Shown piece by piece: positions 28,509-43,117 of a stretch of DNA of 64,000 bases; within the stretch, counting starts at the first letter, position 1; each line of letters opens with the position of its first letter. Both the position numbers and the translations under genes were made by a program. The notes beneath the pieces are model-generated. The model was not told the origin of the DNA, ran no database searches, and saw only the letters and a program-made list of their open reading frames with translations. The DNA is from Eledone cirrhosa (taxonomy: Eukaryota), in NCBI GenBank assembly GCA_964016885.1, contig OZ024756.1, positions 41,974,001 to 42,038,000 of the forward strand, given 5' to 3'.

Positions 28509-28692
28509 TGTAGTTGGTACATCTGGAGTGATGGATATTGTTGTTGGTACATCTGGAGTGATGGATATTGTAGTTGATACATCTGGAGTGATGGATATTG
28601 AGAGTTGGTACATCTGGAGTGGTTGATATTGTAGTTAGTAGATCTGGAGTGGTTGATATTGTAGTTGGTACATCTGGAGTGGTTGATATTGA
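28509..28692. repeat. 30-bp minisatellite
   Basis: Unit gtagttggtacatctggagtg(a/g)t(g/t)gatatt, ~6 copies. Confidence 0.92.
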
Positions 28693-28922
28693 CATCCATA
28701 TGTGTGAGGACATTAACAAACACTACACATGCATACAGACATACACACACAGGGATAGACATACATACACACACACACACACAGACATACAAACATACAC
28801 ACACAGGGATAGACATACATACACACACACACACAGACATACAAACATACACACACTGACATACAAACATATACACACACAGATAAACATACATGCACAC
28901 ACACATACAGACACAGACATAG

Positions 28923-28956
<34 letters not shown>

Positions 28957-29337
28957 GTTTCTTATTGTTTGGGAAAAGGCAGTAAAAGAGTGAAAAGATG
29001 AAGAAAGAAAGAAAGAAAGTATTTAGAGCATGTAAACTGTTTTTCAAAGAAAGGAAAACAAGTGAATGTTGTGGCAGCCAACCACACTCCACTGCTTTCA
29101 ACTATATATATGTGTGTGTATGTATATATATATATTATATATATATATATAAACACATATATGTGTATATATATATATATGTGTGTGTAAATGAAGTATT
29201 TCTGTCGGAAAGGTACAGGAAAAAAGAGTGCTCTATGTAGGCTATAGAGCTTATTAGTTATGTAATAAACAACATAAGATAATTATTTCATTTACCAGTG
29301 GTTTCTTGAAGGCAGATGTTATGTCTGTCTTCAGTTG

Positions 29338-29407
<70 letters not shown>

Positions 29408-29555
29408 GTTATATATATATATAAACACATGTGTGTATATATATATAATTGTCTTTGTTTATGAAAAAAATCTTAAAGGTTTGTGTAATTTTGTAATTAC
29501 ATAATTCAATTAATTTGTTAAATTATTCAATTATGTAATTACACAAACCGATCTT

Positions 29556-29592
<37 letters not shown>

Positions 29593-29987
29593 CTGTGTGT
29601 TGTAGTTTGCTGAAACATTGTTGGATAGGAAATGTAAATTTAAATAATTTTAAAAGCCATGCAATGCATTAGAAAATATTTGAGATAATTAAATTTGCTT
29701 AAGTAAAATTCTATCGTTATCTTGGAGCCTTTAATTTTCTAATATATTGTATGGTTTTTTAAATTATTCAAATTTATATATATATGTGTGTGTGTGTATA
29801 TATATATGTGTATATATATTCGATTATATATATATATACACATTTATTGATGGAAAAATCAACTGTAATTGTTTAAAACCATATTTGTTTCTTTACACAT
29901 GTTTCAAGGGAGGTCCACATCAAATTATTTGAAAATATTATGAAACATTTCATGTAATCCATAACCATTTACATGGCATTGATATAT

Positions 29988-30440
29988 AGTACGCCGCCCA
30001 GGCTTTGCTCTTCCTCTCAACCACATCATCTTCTGTTTTCCCAATCTTTGCTCCCAAATACAGGAAGCCTTCAACCAATTCTAGCGGCTTCCTGCCTACA
30101 TTAGTGATCTCCTCTGGCTTCTCAACATTCTCTACCAGGATGAAAAACTCAGAGCTGTATGGGAGCATCCCAAAAGTCAGCTCAAAAGTGACACAGAGGA
30201 GACTGAGGTTAGCTGGACATGCTCACCGACATCCAAAGTTGACATTGCATTCAGTGCTCCTGTGGGAGCCCCTACATGGACACACTAGAAGAGGAAGACC
30301 AAGGTTAACGTATGTTGATGCCCTAAGGACAGACACTGGTCTGTTGGAGATGCAGGACATGACAGCGATAATGAGGGACAGAGACCGCTGGAGAGAACTC
30401 GTCCATGGATCTTGGGAATTTTACCCGCCTTAGATGATAT
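29988..30440 (+). mobile_element. Different RTE-like LINE 3' fragment with inverted 5' part
   Basis: Plus strand: NSELYG..QRRLRLAGH..GRPRLTYVD followed by gatgat. Minus strand ~29990-30120: LELVEGFLYLGAKI..RKSKAWAA, a post-RT segment. Confidence 0.75.
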
Positions 30441-30453
30441 ATAGTTTAACCTT

Positions 30454-30545
<92 letters not shown>

Positions 30546-30550
<5 letters not shown>

Positions 30551-31054
30551 TATGGCGGATGACAGCTGCATAAAAAGGTGCAGAGCACTAGAAGTCGATG
30601 GAAACCGCGGAGTGGGGAGACCCAAGATGACCTGGGATGAGGTGATAAAAGCCGACCTTATCCAATTACACCTCTCAAAGGCAATGACACACGACCGTGA
30701 CCTCTGGCGTCACGCAGTAATACAGAGTACCTGACCTCCCATGGGTACAAGCTGAAGCATATAGACAATATGCCCCCACACCCCCCACTGCAAGGTGGTC
30801 GTGGAGGTGCCACGGCAAAAAAGCACCCAGCCCACACTGTAAAGTGGACGTGTAGGCGCCACGAAAAAGCACCCAGCACTCACTGTAAATGAGGTTGGTG
30901 TTAGGAAGGGCATCCAGCTGTAGAAATCAAGCCAAATCAGTTCCTGTATGAGCAAGGCATGGTCAGCCGACCAGACACTGCCCACAACAGGACAACCCGT
31001 CTAACCCATGCTAGCGTGGAAGAACGGACGTAAAACGGTGATGATGATGATGAT
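30546..31054 (+). mobile_element. 5'-truncated RTE LINE (same subfamily as the 23405 element)
   Basis: Near-identical reverse complement of ~23440-23935. (GAT)n tail. Confidence 0.92.
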
Positions 31055-31417
31055 ATAAGGTAAATTTTGTCTGTTTGTTCTTCAAACTTATAATTTTATG
31101 TAGATATATACACATATAATTTATATAACTAAGGAGAAAACAAATAACTGACACACATATATGTGTCAATGTGTGTGTGAGTGTGTGTGTGTGTGTGTAA
31201 AAACACCTGGTGAAGAGATCATTGATTCTTATAAGAGGATGAAAATGAAAGTTAAAACATTAAAATGTTTGCTTGTTAGTGGATTGAAAATGAGAACATT
31301 GCATTTGGTCTTTATGATTTTATTTTATGTCATTATAAGCCCAGGCAGAGCTGTGTAGGTACAATTATAATATGTATATATATCATCATTATCATTTTAT
31401 GTCTGCTTTGCCCTGCT

Positions 31418-31458
<41 letters not shown>

Positions 31459-32013
31459 GGTATAGCCAGAGCTGTATAGGTATACAACTAGAAAATATAT
31501 ACTTATATATATATATATATATATATATTCTGAAGACGGCGTATATGTGTGTTTGGTATGTATATTTAATCTTGATAGTTTGTATAATTTTGTATAATTT
31601 TGTACATAGATCTGTTGAATATGCATGCCAATTCTAACACATATATATCCTAGAAACGATCGTTAAATAATGAACTTTTTTTGTTTAATATAAGGAACTG
31701 TTTCATTGTTTTATTCATTATTTGTTTAATATTTTATCTTGACTCTGTATACCGTTTATCTTTCACCGAAAGTGATTTTTCATTACATCTCTTCTTTCCA
31801 TGATATCCGGAATACATTGAGTTCTTCATACGGATTGGACACTACCGTAAACTCTTGGTAGATTTATCTACATATATATATAAGTATATATTTTGAAGGT
31901 GGCCACCCGGACTAGCAACTGCTAATTTCTGGCTGCCTTCTCGTCTTGGGCATCTCTCTCAGCTTTTCAGGCCCTTGGATTGTGTCTATTATACTCCTTT
32001 GTTAAATTTCGGA

Positions 32014-32071
32014 ATACCTGATGATGTCACCGGATTCATATTGAACCTGGCCATTGAAATGTTCATAGTAT
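32014..32071 (+). ncRNA. Type I hammerhead ribozyme motif (imperfect stem II)
   Basis: atac-CTGATGA-tgtcaccggattcatattgaacctggccatt-GAAA-tgttca-TA-gtat, followed by AATAAA. Confidence 0.6.
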
Positions 32072-32121
32072 AATAAACCTTTAAGGAATTACACCAGTCC
32101 AGCCTCCTGTTATTTTGTAAT

Positions 32122-32160
<39 letters not shown>

Positions 32161-32311
32161 TCATTATACTCTACTATGTATTGAGTACCTTACTTACTGT
32201 GGTTACCCCCCCGATTGAACCCGGGATAAACATTTATAACCCATGCTAGTGTGGAAAGTGGACGTTAAACAAGGATGATGATATATATGCATATATATGT
32301 GTATATAAATA

Positions 32312-32367
<56 letters not shown>

Positions 32368-32856
32368 TATGTATGTATGTACTTATTCCATTGAAACAAT
32401 GGCAAAGAAAGCAGAGCAGCTGAATATTAGATAGAGTTATGGTTGTGTGGTTAAGGAGGAGTTCTTGTCACAACTACACGCCATCACATGAGGCGCACTG
32501 TGTGTCACATGTGCTATAAGCCCTCGCTTCACCTTTGTCTGTATGTGCATATATATATGTGTGTGTGGGTGTATGTATACATATATATATGTGTGTGTGT
32601 GTATATATATATATGTTTGTATGTGTGTGTATATATATATGTTTGTATATGTGTGTGTATATATATATATATATATATGTTTGTATATGTGTGTATGTAT
32701 ATATATATATATATATGTTTGTATATGTGTGTATGTATATATATATATATAACGAAGGAAATGTGGTAAGGAACCAGGTGGACCATAACGCACCAAAGTA
32801 CTCAATACTTAGGGTAGTAGAACGGCTTGAGCTCAGCCGTCGGGGTCCTACTCGTT

Positions 32857-32892
<36 letters not shown>

Positions 32893-32981
32893 TGTATATG
32901 TGTGTATATATTTATATATATATAAACTGTTGTATATCTGTGTTGTATATGTATGTGTGTATATATATATAATGTTGTATA

Positions 32982-33029
<48 letters not shown>

Positions 33030-33064
33030 ATATGTATGTGTATATATATATATAATGTTATATA

Positions 33065-33120
<56 letters not shown>

Positions 33121-33931
33121 GTTGTATATGTGTGTATGTGTATTTATATATATATATAATGTTGTATATGTGTGTATGTGTATTTATATATATATATAGT
33201 TTAATAAATGAACAGAGAACAAAAAACAGAGAGGCAGTACAAATGATATTAGTATTAGTTTCATATATACATATATATATATATATATACATATACATAC
33301 GCACATTTATGTGCGTATGTATATATATATATATATATATATGGTTTTTCTGCATGCGTTTATGTTCCCTAACTTCACAGTTGAGCAAAATGATATTGAT
33401 AAAATAAGTACCCGACTTGGAAATAAAAAATAAAAGTAAATACTGGCAGGGTTGATATGATAACAATCAATTTTAAGGCAGTGCCCCAGCATGGCCACAG
33501 TCTAATGTGTGGAAGTAGAAAAAGAAAAGTGTCTGAATGGTTCGGGAGGTACGTTATTCATTTCTGTCAAATGGTATCTGCTTAGTTTAAGAATCATTGA
33601 GAAAAAATTTGAAATGTATCTTTAGCATTTAAACCTTACCATAAGTATGTGTGGCTAGTTACGGCCAGTTTGAACAGAGGTAAGAGAATTCTGGCCAGAT
33701 ATGGCCAGAGACAACTTAGAAAAATTACTGATTTTCCAATCCCGCCCCACCCCACTTCTTCTAACCCCTCTGCTTATTCCAACACCCTCACTTATTTCAC
33801 CCCACTCCCCCTATTATTTGGGACCCGAGAGAGAGAAAGTACACCTGGAGACTGAAAAAAGAGAGAGGGGGAGATAGAAAAAAGTGAAAAGAGAGAGAGA
33901 GATAGAAAAAAGTGATCCATTTTGATCTTAC

Positions 33932-34150
33932 CTTAATGCTAAACTTATCCGACTGTGTTGTGTCCTTAACAAACACAACCCTTTATCAAGCAGTTTTGCT
34001 AGATTTTCCTTCTTCCAGAGAGCCAACAAATATGTGTTCTCTGCTTTTAGTGTAACCAAAAAATGACAACAGAAGCGTTGTAAAGTCCGATAGTTACAAA
34101 ATTAGGTCAAGATTTAAACAATAGTATAATTATCAAATAATGAATATATA
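33932..34150 (-). other. Candidate 5'UTR exon of SLC16 paralog A (5' boundary uncertain)
   Basis: Strong donor AAG|GTAAGA on the minus strand in non-repetitive sequence. The first coding exon has an acceptor and so needs an upstream exon. No transcript evidence. Confidence 0.35.
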
Positions 34151-34432
34151 TTGTTGGTAATTTGACGTGAACATTTTTTAGGTTTTTTTTCTCTTTCTTT
34201 TTCCCTTTTCTTTTTGTTCTTTTTATTATTATCTTCGATTTCTTCTCTTAAGAGCCACTTCAATACAGTAATTTCTGATATGATAACAGCTTCTAAAGGA
34301 CAAAATCTGTCCAAGACAATTGCCAAAAGTCTTTGGTGTGGGTATGTGTGGGTGGGGGAGTGTTCATCTTCCGTAACCCAGTTTATTGGAGTGAATGTAT
34401 ATGCATGCACAAACACAGAGAAATACACATAC

Positions 34433-34471
<39 letters not shown>

Positions 34472-34854
34472 TACACTCACACACATCTATCTATCTTATC
34501 TATCTATCTCTTTATATATCTATATATATACACACACATCCATCTATTTGTGTTATCTATCTACCCATCTTTCAATTCCTGATTATTTATTTTGAATGAA
34601 ACAGTTCTAGTCCTGTAGAAGCCATCTCTATATTAAACTTGATATTTACACTCTACTAATGTACCTTACTAACTGTGGTTACTCCCAATTGAACCTGGGA
34701 CTCACTCACACACAAACACACACACACTTATATAAGGAGAAATAAAGCAGGCTTAGTTTACAAACAGCTCGCGAATTTGAAAATTAGGTAGTATCATGTG
34801 CTTACGCCGTATTTGATTTTGGGGATTTTAAAAAACCCTCTGAATGGAAGGAAG

Positions 34855-34927
34855 CATGTGTGTTGGTGTAATGGTAACACATTGGTCCGGCAAACTAAAG
34901 ATGTGGATTCGTGTCCCTTGTACATCA
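34855..34927 (+). pseudogene. tRNA-like sequence (Ala-GGC-like), probably a pseudogene or SINE head
   Basis: D arm GTGT-AATGGTA-ACAC; anticodon arm TTGGT-CCGGCAA-ACTAA; degenerate T arm GGATTCGTGTCC; wobble-rich acceptor stem. Confidence 0.45.
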
Positions 34928-37737
34928 ATACTCATCCTTTTTTCTATTCACAGGGGGTTTTTTTAATCCCAACTAACAGACTAATTCTATTTAGTCAAAT
35001 ACGGCGTAACCACATGTTACTACCTGATTTATATATATAAGTTTATATGATGGGCTTCTGCAAAATAAATACTGGAGTCGATATGATTGACTAATGAGGG
35101 TGGTGTCCCAGCATGGCCACAGTCTGATGACTGAAACAAATAACAGATACAGAGTGTACTGGGAGCATTTTATCACGTGTCTAGCATGACCACCTTACAG
35201 GGTGAACTGAGTGCTTTTTAGAGTGATGGTACCACAATAGATACACCCAGTCCACTCTGTCAAGTGGTAGTGACAGTGTCATGATAAATACACCTAGTCC
35301 ACTCTGTCAAGTGGTAGTGACTGTCATGATAAATACAGCCAGTCAACTCTGTCAAGTGGTAGTGAAGTGGTTGGCATTAAGGAAGGGTATTCAGCCGTAG
35401 AAAATAAACCAAGTGAAAAATGGAACATCTGAAGAAGAGACAGTCAAGTGACAGTCAACTAAGGTCAACTAAGATGTCTGTCTGACCTGAAAATGTGACA
35501 ACCTGTCTAACTCCTGCTAGAAAATAGACATAAATTAATGACAATGGTGGTGATCTACATAAGCCATGATGCGTGTCCTCACTGTTGATCTTGTCAACAA
35601 TTCTCACCATTACACAACAATCTTTTCAGCAACTTTCACATATCAGCTTTCTCTTCACTCGGCAGATAACTTTTATGAGTTTACCTGTAAATACAATGCA
35701 AGGACTATATACAAGAAATGAGCTTGGGATATAATTACTCTCGGGTCCCAAATAATAGGAGGGGGGAGGGGAGGGGGGGGGGGGTATTGGAAAATACTAG
35801 GTTGTCTCCTTTGATTTTTATTTAAAAACCAAAATTAGTCATTTAGTTTACATATTGAGACCCCAACCCATCCAATTTAGGGACTATATCATGAAGAATC
35901 GTTGACATTTTGTCTGCAGGAGGAGAAACAGGGGAAAAGACATCACCAATTTCATCAGGAATTATAATAATAATGAAATTATTGTGTACAGTGCTCAGGT
36001 GCACTACAACTCATGAAAGGTGCACGTATAATACATAGAGTAATGTACAAATGTCAGGAAAATGAACAGTATATGAGTCATGTTATACATGTGTGCATGT
36101 GGGTGTATGGAGAGGGGATATCAGGTGTAGTGTTGGCGAATTCTTACGTCTTTGGAATATAGTTCAAGACATCAAAAGGTAAAATTTCCCTGACATTCAA
36201 TTCTTTTGACGGACACACTCAAAAATTGTACCATAAGACCCAAATTACCCTACAAATTAATTGTTCCATTATTAAAATAGTATTTGCAAAATAACTTAAC
36301 AGACAGTTCTGATATGAAATTATGTTGAAAGATTTTAATTTAAATAAGAACCCTTAAAAATGAACAATTTTCTTTCAGAAAACAGAGGCTGATAATATGC
36401 CATTTTCAACCCACAGAAAATTTCCAAATAATTGAGGGCTTCTGAATTTTGCCAGGAATTCTAGAGACCATCACCGAGTCACTTGATACAAGCAAGTAGG
36501 CCAGAGGAAAGAATAATTTAAAACTTTTTTTAGGCCATCAAAGTCTCTCCTATCCTAAACATGTTATCTACCAGCAATTGGTGGTGCAGTACTCACCATT
36601 CACACCTTTGGAGTCCCATCTTCAGATATGAGAATACTGACATTAATCACTTAATATCACTGTGTTCTATATTCTGTTCAACACAATCTTTATTGCAGTC
36701 GTCATACAATCATGATATACAAAGTGAAATCAGGAGAGAATCATGATTTATAAATTGATATCAATAAATATCTTCTAAATAATGTAATGTATATATATAT
36801 ATGTAGTGTGTGTGTATGTAATGTATGTATATATGTATGTGTATCGAAGTCTTATTTTAGTTTACTGTAAATTTTCACGACAATTAGTCAACTAGTGAAG
36901 ATACTTTAAACATTTGAATTACCAAACCACAACACTAGGACTACATCATATTAACCCTTTAGCATTTACATTACTCTATATTTACTATTGTATTTTCGCA
37001 GTAAAGGCATTATCTCACATAATATTGAATCTATGAGATTTTGATATTATTTATTTTGAGAACAATACTTTAACATCAGTATGAGTGGCCAGTTATGGTC
37101 AATTTGAACAAGAAGAGTTAAGAGAATTCTGGCCGGTTACAGCCGGTTTAAACAGAAAGAGGTGGGAGAACTCTGGCTGGATATGGCTGGTTTAAATGCT
37201 AAAGGATTAAATATTGAAGTTTTATTTTAGTTTACTGTTGACACACTTCAGTGTGATATTGAAAAAACAAAACCAGGATGGGAAAAACCAGAATTAATAC
37301 AAACCTCATACTGTATTCGTGACCTACATTATTAACTTTGCTTTTTCTTTTTATTTTAATATTGATAAAATGAACATGTGTGGTGAATTGGCAGAATTGT
37401 TAGAACATTAGATAGAATGCCTTGGAGTAATTGTTATGGCTCTTTTTTCTCTGAGTTCAAAACCATGACAAAATATGGAACCACCACTGCCACGTTAAAA
37501 ATACACAGTCCACGCAGTAATGTGGTTATGTAGGTAACACGGTAAAAAGCTCCCAGTCCACACTGTAAAAGTGGTTGGTGTTAGGAAGGGCATCCAGCAA
37601 TAGAAAAACTACCAGATAGTCCTATACGAGCGAGACACGGTCACCTTACCAATCTTACCTCAAATGGGACAATTCCCATCTAACCCATGCTAGAGTGGAA
37701 GATAGACGTTAAACGATGATGATGATGATGATATATA

Positions 37738-37772
<35 letters not shown>

Positions 37773-37936
37773 GTGTGTATATATATATATGTTCTGGTTC
37801 TCTTCTCTCTGAGTTCAAAACCTGCTGAGATCAACTTTGCTTTTTGTCCTTTCTTCCTTTTGTGGTTGATAAAAAAAAACACACCAATCTAGTATTGAGG
37901 TCTGTTTTTCCTCTCTTTCTCTCTCTCTCTCTCTCT

Positions 37937-38431
<495 letters not shown>

Positions 38432-38504
38432 CTAACTCATTCATATCGTAGGTCGAATTTGCTTGCACACCGCCAAAGATTCGATTTTACTACGCCTCCA
38501 ATTC

Positions 38505-38840
38505 ATTCATCATCATCATCATTTTACATCCGCTTTTTCCCTGCTTACAAGGGTGGGACGGGAACTGATTCTGGCTTGATTTCTACAGCTGGATGCCCTT
38601 CTTAACACCAACCTCATTTACAGTGAGTGCTGGGTGCTTTTTTTGCCGTGGCACCTCCACTTTGCAGTGGAATGATATGGACCCCAGTCCCTATCATCTC
38701 ATTTCTACAGCTGAGTAAACTGGAGCAATGTGAAATAAAGTGTCTTGCTCAAGGAAACAACACATCACCCAGTCTGAGAATTGAACTCACAACCTTTCGA
38801 TTGCAAGGCCAATGCTCTAACCACTAAGCCATGTGCCTCC
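38505..38840 (-). mobile_element. Copy of the same tRNA/RTE-tail SINE
   Basis: Near-identical to 37937-38282. Confidence 0.88.
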
Positions 38841-39409
38841 TACATTTATATATATATATTTATTAAAATAACAGATTAAATATTTGCTCTACGGTTCTTA
38901 TATATTTATACTTATCGAGCCCTCTTTGGATTTTAGTCTTCAAATTTATTATTATTACTATATATATATCAGTTGTGTATGAGCAAGACACAGTCACCTG
39001 ACCTGGCATTGCTTAAGTTGTCTAACCCATGCTAGTGGAAGAATGGACGTAAAACAAAAATATGATATAAATCATATATGAAAGTTATTCTTGTTGTAGT
39101 TATTGTTCTTGTTTTTCTTATATTTTATTTTCTACCCTTGGTCTGATTTTTATTTGTTATTATATTCGTTTTTCTCTTCATCTGAATTAAGAAAGTTGAT
39201 GCTATTACTGTAGACTTTACCGAGTAAGATTAACAAGGAGATTCACTTATAATTTGAGCTGGCATTTGTGTATTATTCTATGTACTATATTGACGAGTTG
39301 TAGTGCACCTGAGCACTTTACACAATAATTTCATTATTATTAAAACGGTGATGATGATGATATATCTTTCCCTCTCCATCTCTGGAAGAAATGATCAGGA
39401 GTTATTATT

Positions 39410-39780
39410 GGCAGTAATCGATAAAGCGTCGGACAACATGCTTTGCAGCATAGAGTTACGGCCCTTTACGTTCTGATTTCAAATCCTGCTGAGGTTAGCT
39501 TTGCCTTTCATCCTTGTGGGGTCAATAAAATACAGTACCAATAATGCACTGGGGTTGATTTAATTGACTTTCCCCTCCCCCTAAATTGCTGGCCTTGTGC
39601 TTATAGTAGAAATCATTATTATTATTATTATAAACCTTGGCAGGATTTGAACTCTTCCTAAGTTCAAAGCCCGCCGAGGTTAACTTTGCCTTCATCCTTA
39701 CGGGGTCGATAAAATAAAGTACCAGTAATACACTGGAATAATTGCTGGCCTTGTGCCAAAACTAGAAACAATTATTATTA
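39410..39780 (+). mobile_element. tRNA-derived SINE (second family), one full and partial copies
   Basis: ctttgcctttcatcct..ggggtc.ataaaata.agtacca..ggccttgtgc. Confidence 0.78.
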
Positions 39781-40499
39781 TTATAAACGTTGAATAAAGA
39801 AGAAAAATCCCAAAGTGCTTCATTTAAAGATAACTATTTTAAGAACAACTATTTTAATCACCTACTTATTTGGTTGTATTTAAATATTGTTTTAGGAAAA
39901 GGTTTATCCCATTGCTAGCTTCCGAAGCTGTCATCTGCTTTGGTTTGCGTTATTTGAAGAAAACGGGCTTCCTGTTGTACTCACTGACACCATACCGTAG
40001 AGATTGACAAAATATGGAACCACCACTATCACCATATGTATGTGTGTATATGTATATATATATGTGTGTATGTGTGTGTATATATATATATGTTTGTCAT
40101 CATCATCATCATCACTGTTTTACGTCCATTCTTTCACACTAACATGGGTTAGATGGGTTGTCCTGTTGTGGGCAGTGCCTGGTCAGCTGACCTTGTCTTG
40201 CTCATATGGGAACTGATTTGGGCTTGATTTCTACAGCTGGATGCTCTTATATATGTATGTATATATGTATGTATATATGTATATATATATGTAAATATAT
40301 ATGTATGTATATATATATATGTATATATGTATATATATATGTGTATATATATATATGTGTATATATATATATGTATATATATATATATGTATATATATGT
40401 ATATATATATATGTGTATATATATATGTATATATATATGAATATATATATGTGTATATATATATGTATATATATATATGTGTATATATATATATATATG

Positions 40500-40700
40500 G
40501 TAATTGTTTCTACTTTAGGCACAAGGCCAGCAATCACCCAGTGCATTACTGGTACTTTATTTTATCGACCCCGTAATGATGAAAGGCAAAGTCAACCTCG
40601 GCGGGATTTAAACTCAGATTTGAACATAGTTACTAAAGAGACGTAACTATGCTGGAAAGCATGGTGTCCGACCCTCTAGCGATACAGACAATCCACCGCC
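40500..40700 (-). mobile_element. tRNA-derived SINE (second family)
   Basis: Same diagnostic motifs. Confidence 0.8.
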
Positions 40701-40791
40701 CTATATATGATAATGATATATATGTATGTATATGTATATATATATACATATATGTATATATATATATATATATATATGTATGCACATATAT

Positions 40792-41120
40792 GGAGGCACA
40801 TGGCTTAGTGGTTAGAGCATTGGCCTTGCAATCGAAAGGTTGTGAGTTCAATTCTCAGACCGGGTGATGTGTTGTTTCCTTGAGCAAGACACTTTATTTC
40901 ACATTGCTCCAGTTTACTCAGCTATAGAAATGAGATGATAGGGACTGGGGTCCCTATCATTCCACTACAAAGTGGTCGTGGAGGTGCCACGGCAAAAAAG
41001 CAACCACCACTCACTGTAAATGAGGTTGGTGTTAGGAAGGGCATCCAGCTGTAGAGATCAAGCCAGAATCAGTTCCTGTCGTACCCTTGCAAGCAGGGAA
41101 AACTGGACGTAAAACGATGT
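40792..41120 (+). mobile_element. Full-length tRNA-head SINE with RTE-derived tail
   Basis: Box A TGGCTTAGTGG and box B GAGTTCAATTC. Its 3' part (gttaggaagggcatccagctgtaga...ggacgtaaaacgatg) matches the RTE LINE 3'UTR. Confidence 0.88.
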
Positions 41121-41172
41121 TTTTGTTTATGTATGTATATGTATACATATATATATATATATATATATATAT

Positions 41173-41475
41173 GTCATCATCATCACCGTTTTACATGCGT
41201 TCTTCCATGCTAGCATGGGTTAGACGGGTTGTCCTGTTGTGGGCAGTGTCTGGTTGCCTTGCTCATACAGGAACTGATTCTGGCTTGATTTCTACAGCTG
41301 GATGCCCTTCCTAACACCAACCTCATTTACAGTGAGTGCTGGGTGCTTTTTTGCCGTGGCACCACCACGACTACCTTGCAGTGGGAGGGTGTGGGGGCAT
41401 ATGCTTCAGCTTGTACCCACCCATGGGAGGTCAGGTACTCTGTATTACTGCGTGACGCCAGAGGTCACGGTCGTG
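41173..41475 (-). mobile_element. RTE LINE 3' end fragment
   Basis: Matches the 3'UTR and ORF end of the 23405 element, with internal deletions. Confidence 0.8.
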
Positions 41476-41596
41476 TATGTATATATGTATGTATATGTAT
41501 ATATATATATATGTATATATATGTATATGTATATATATATATGTATATGTATATATATGTATATATATATATATATGTATATATATATGTATATGT

Positions 41597-41644
<48 letters not shown>

Positions 41645-41657
41645 GTATATATATATG

Positions 41658-41704
<47 letters not shown>

Positions 41705-42277
41705 GTATATATGTATGTATATGTATATATATGTATGTATATGTATATATATGTATGTATATGTATATATATATGTATATGTATTTATATATATATATGT
41801 ATGTATATGTATATATATATGTATATGTATTTATATATATATATATGTATGTATATATATATATATATATATGTATGCATAATATATATGTATGCATAAT
41901 ATCTATGTATATATATATATATATGTATGCATAATATATATGTATATATATATATGTATATATATGTATATATGTATATATATATGTATATATGTATATA
42001 TATGTATATGTATGTATATATATATATGTATATGTATGTATATATATATATGTATATATATATGTATATATATATGTATGTATATGTATATATGTATGTA
42101 TATGTATATATGTATATATATGTATGTATATGTATATATATATATGTATATATATGTATATGTATATATATGTATGTAAATGTATATATATGTATGTAAA
42201 TGTATATATATATGTATGTATATTTATATATGTATGTATATATATATGTATGTATATATATATATATATGTATGTAT

Positions 42278-42327
<50 letters not shown>

Positions 42328-42508
42328 GTATGTATATATGTATATATATATGTATATATGTATGTATATATATATGTATGTATGTATATATATATATGTA
42401 TATGTATATATATATATGTATATGTATATATATGTATATGTATATATATGTATGTATATATATGTATATATGTATATATGTATGTATGTATATATATATA
42501 TGTATGTA

Positions 42509-42542
<34 letters not shown>

Positions 42543-42754
42543 TATATGTATGTATATGTATATATATATATATGTATGTTTATATATGTATATATGTATG
42601 TATGTATATGTATATATATATGTATATGTTTATATATGTATATATATATGTATGTATATATATGTATATATATATGTATATATATGTATATATATATGTA
42701 TGTATATATATGTATATGTATATATATGTATATGTATATATATATATGTATATG

Positions 42755-42801
<47 letters not shown>

Positions 42802-43014
42802 GTATATATATGTATATATATATGTATATGTATATGTATGTATATATATATGTATGTATATATATATGTATGTATATATGTATATATATGTATATGTATG
42901 TATGTATATATATATATATGTATGTATATGTATATATATATGTATGTATATATATGCATATGTATATATATATATGCATATATATATATGCATATATATG
43001 TATGTATGTATATG

Positions 43015-43059
<45 letters not shown>

Positions 43060-43116
43060 GTATGTGTATATATATGTATGTATATATATATGTATGTATG
43101 TATATATATATATATA
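41476..43116. repeat. Compound (TA)n/(TATG)n microsatellite
   Basis: Directly visible. Confidence 0.97.
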
Positions 43117-43117
43117 T

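Noticed and set aside
35124-35140. CTGATGA-ct-GAAA as a hammerhead
   Set aside because: No room for stem II; it is the cagtc/gactg hairpin at the tail of a common SINE.
40792-40865. Functional tRNA gene
   Set aside because: Continues into a repeated SINE body and LINE-derived tail; no proper acceptor stem.
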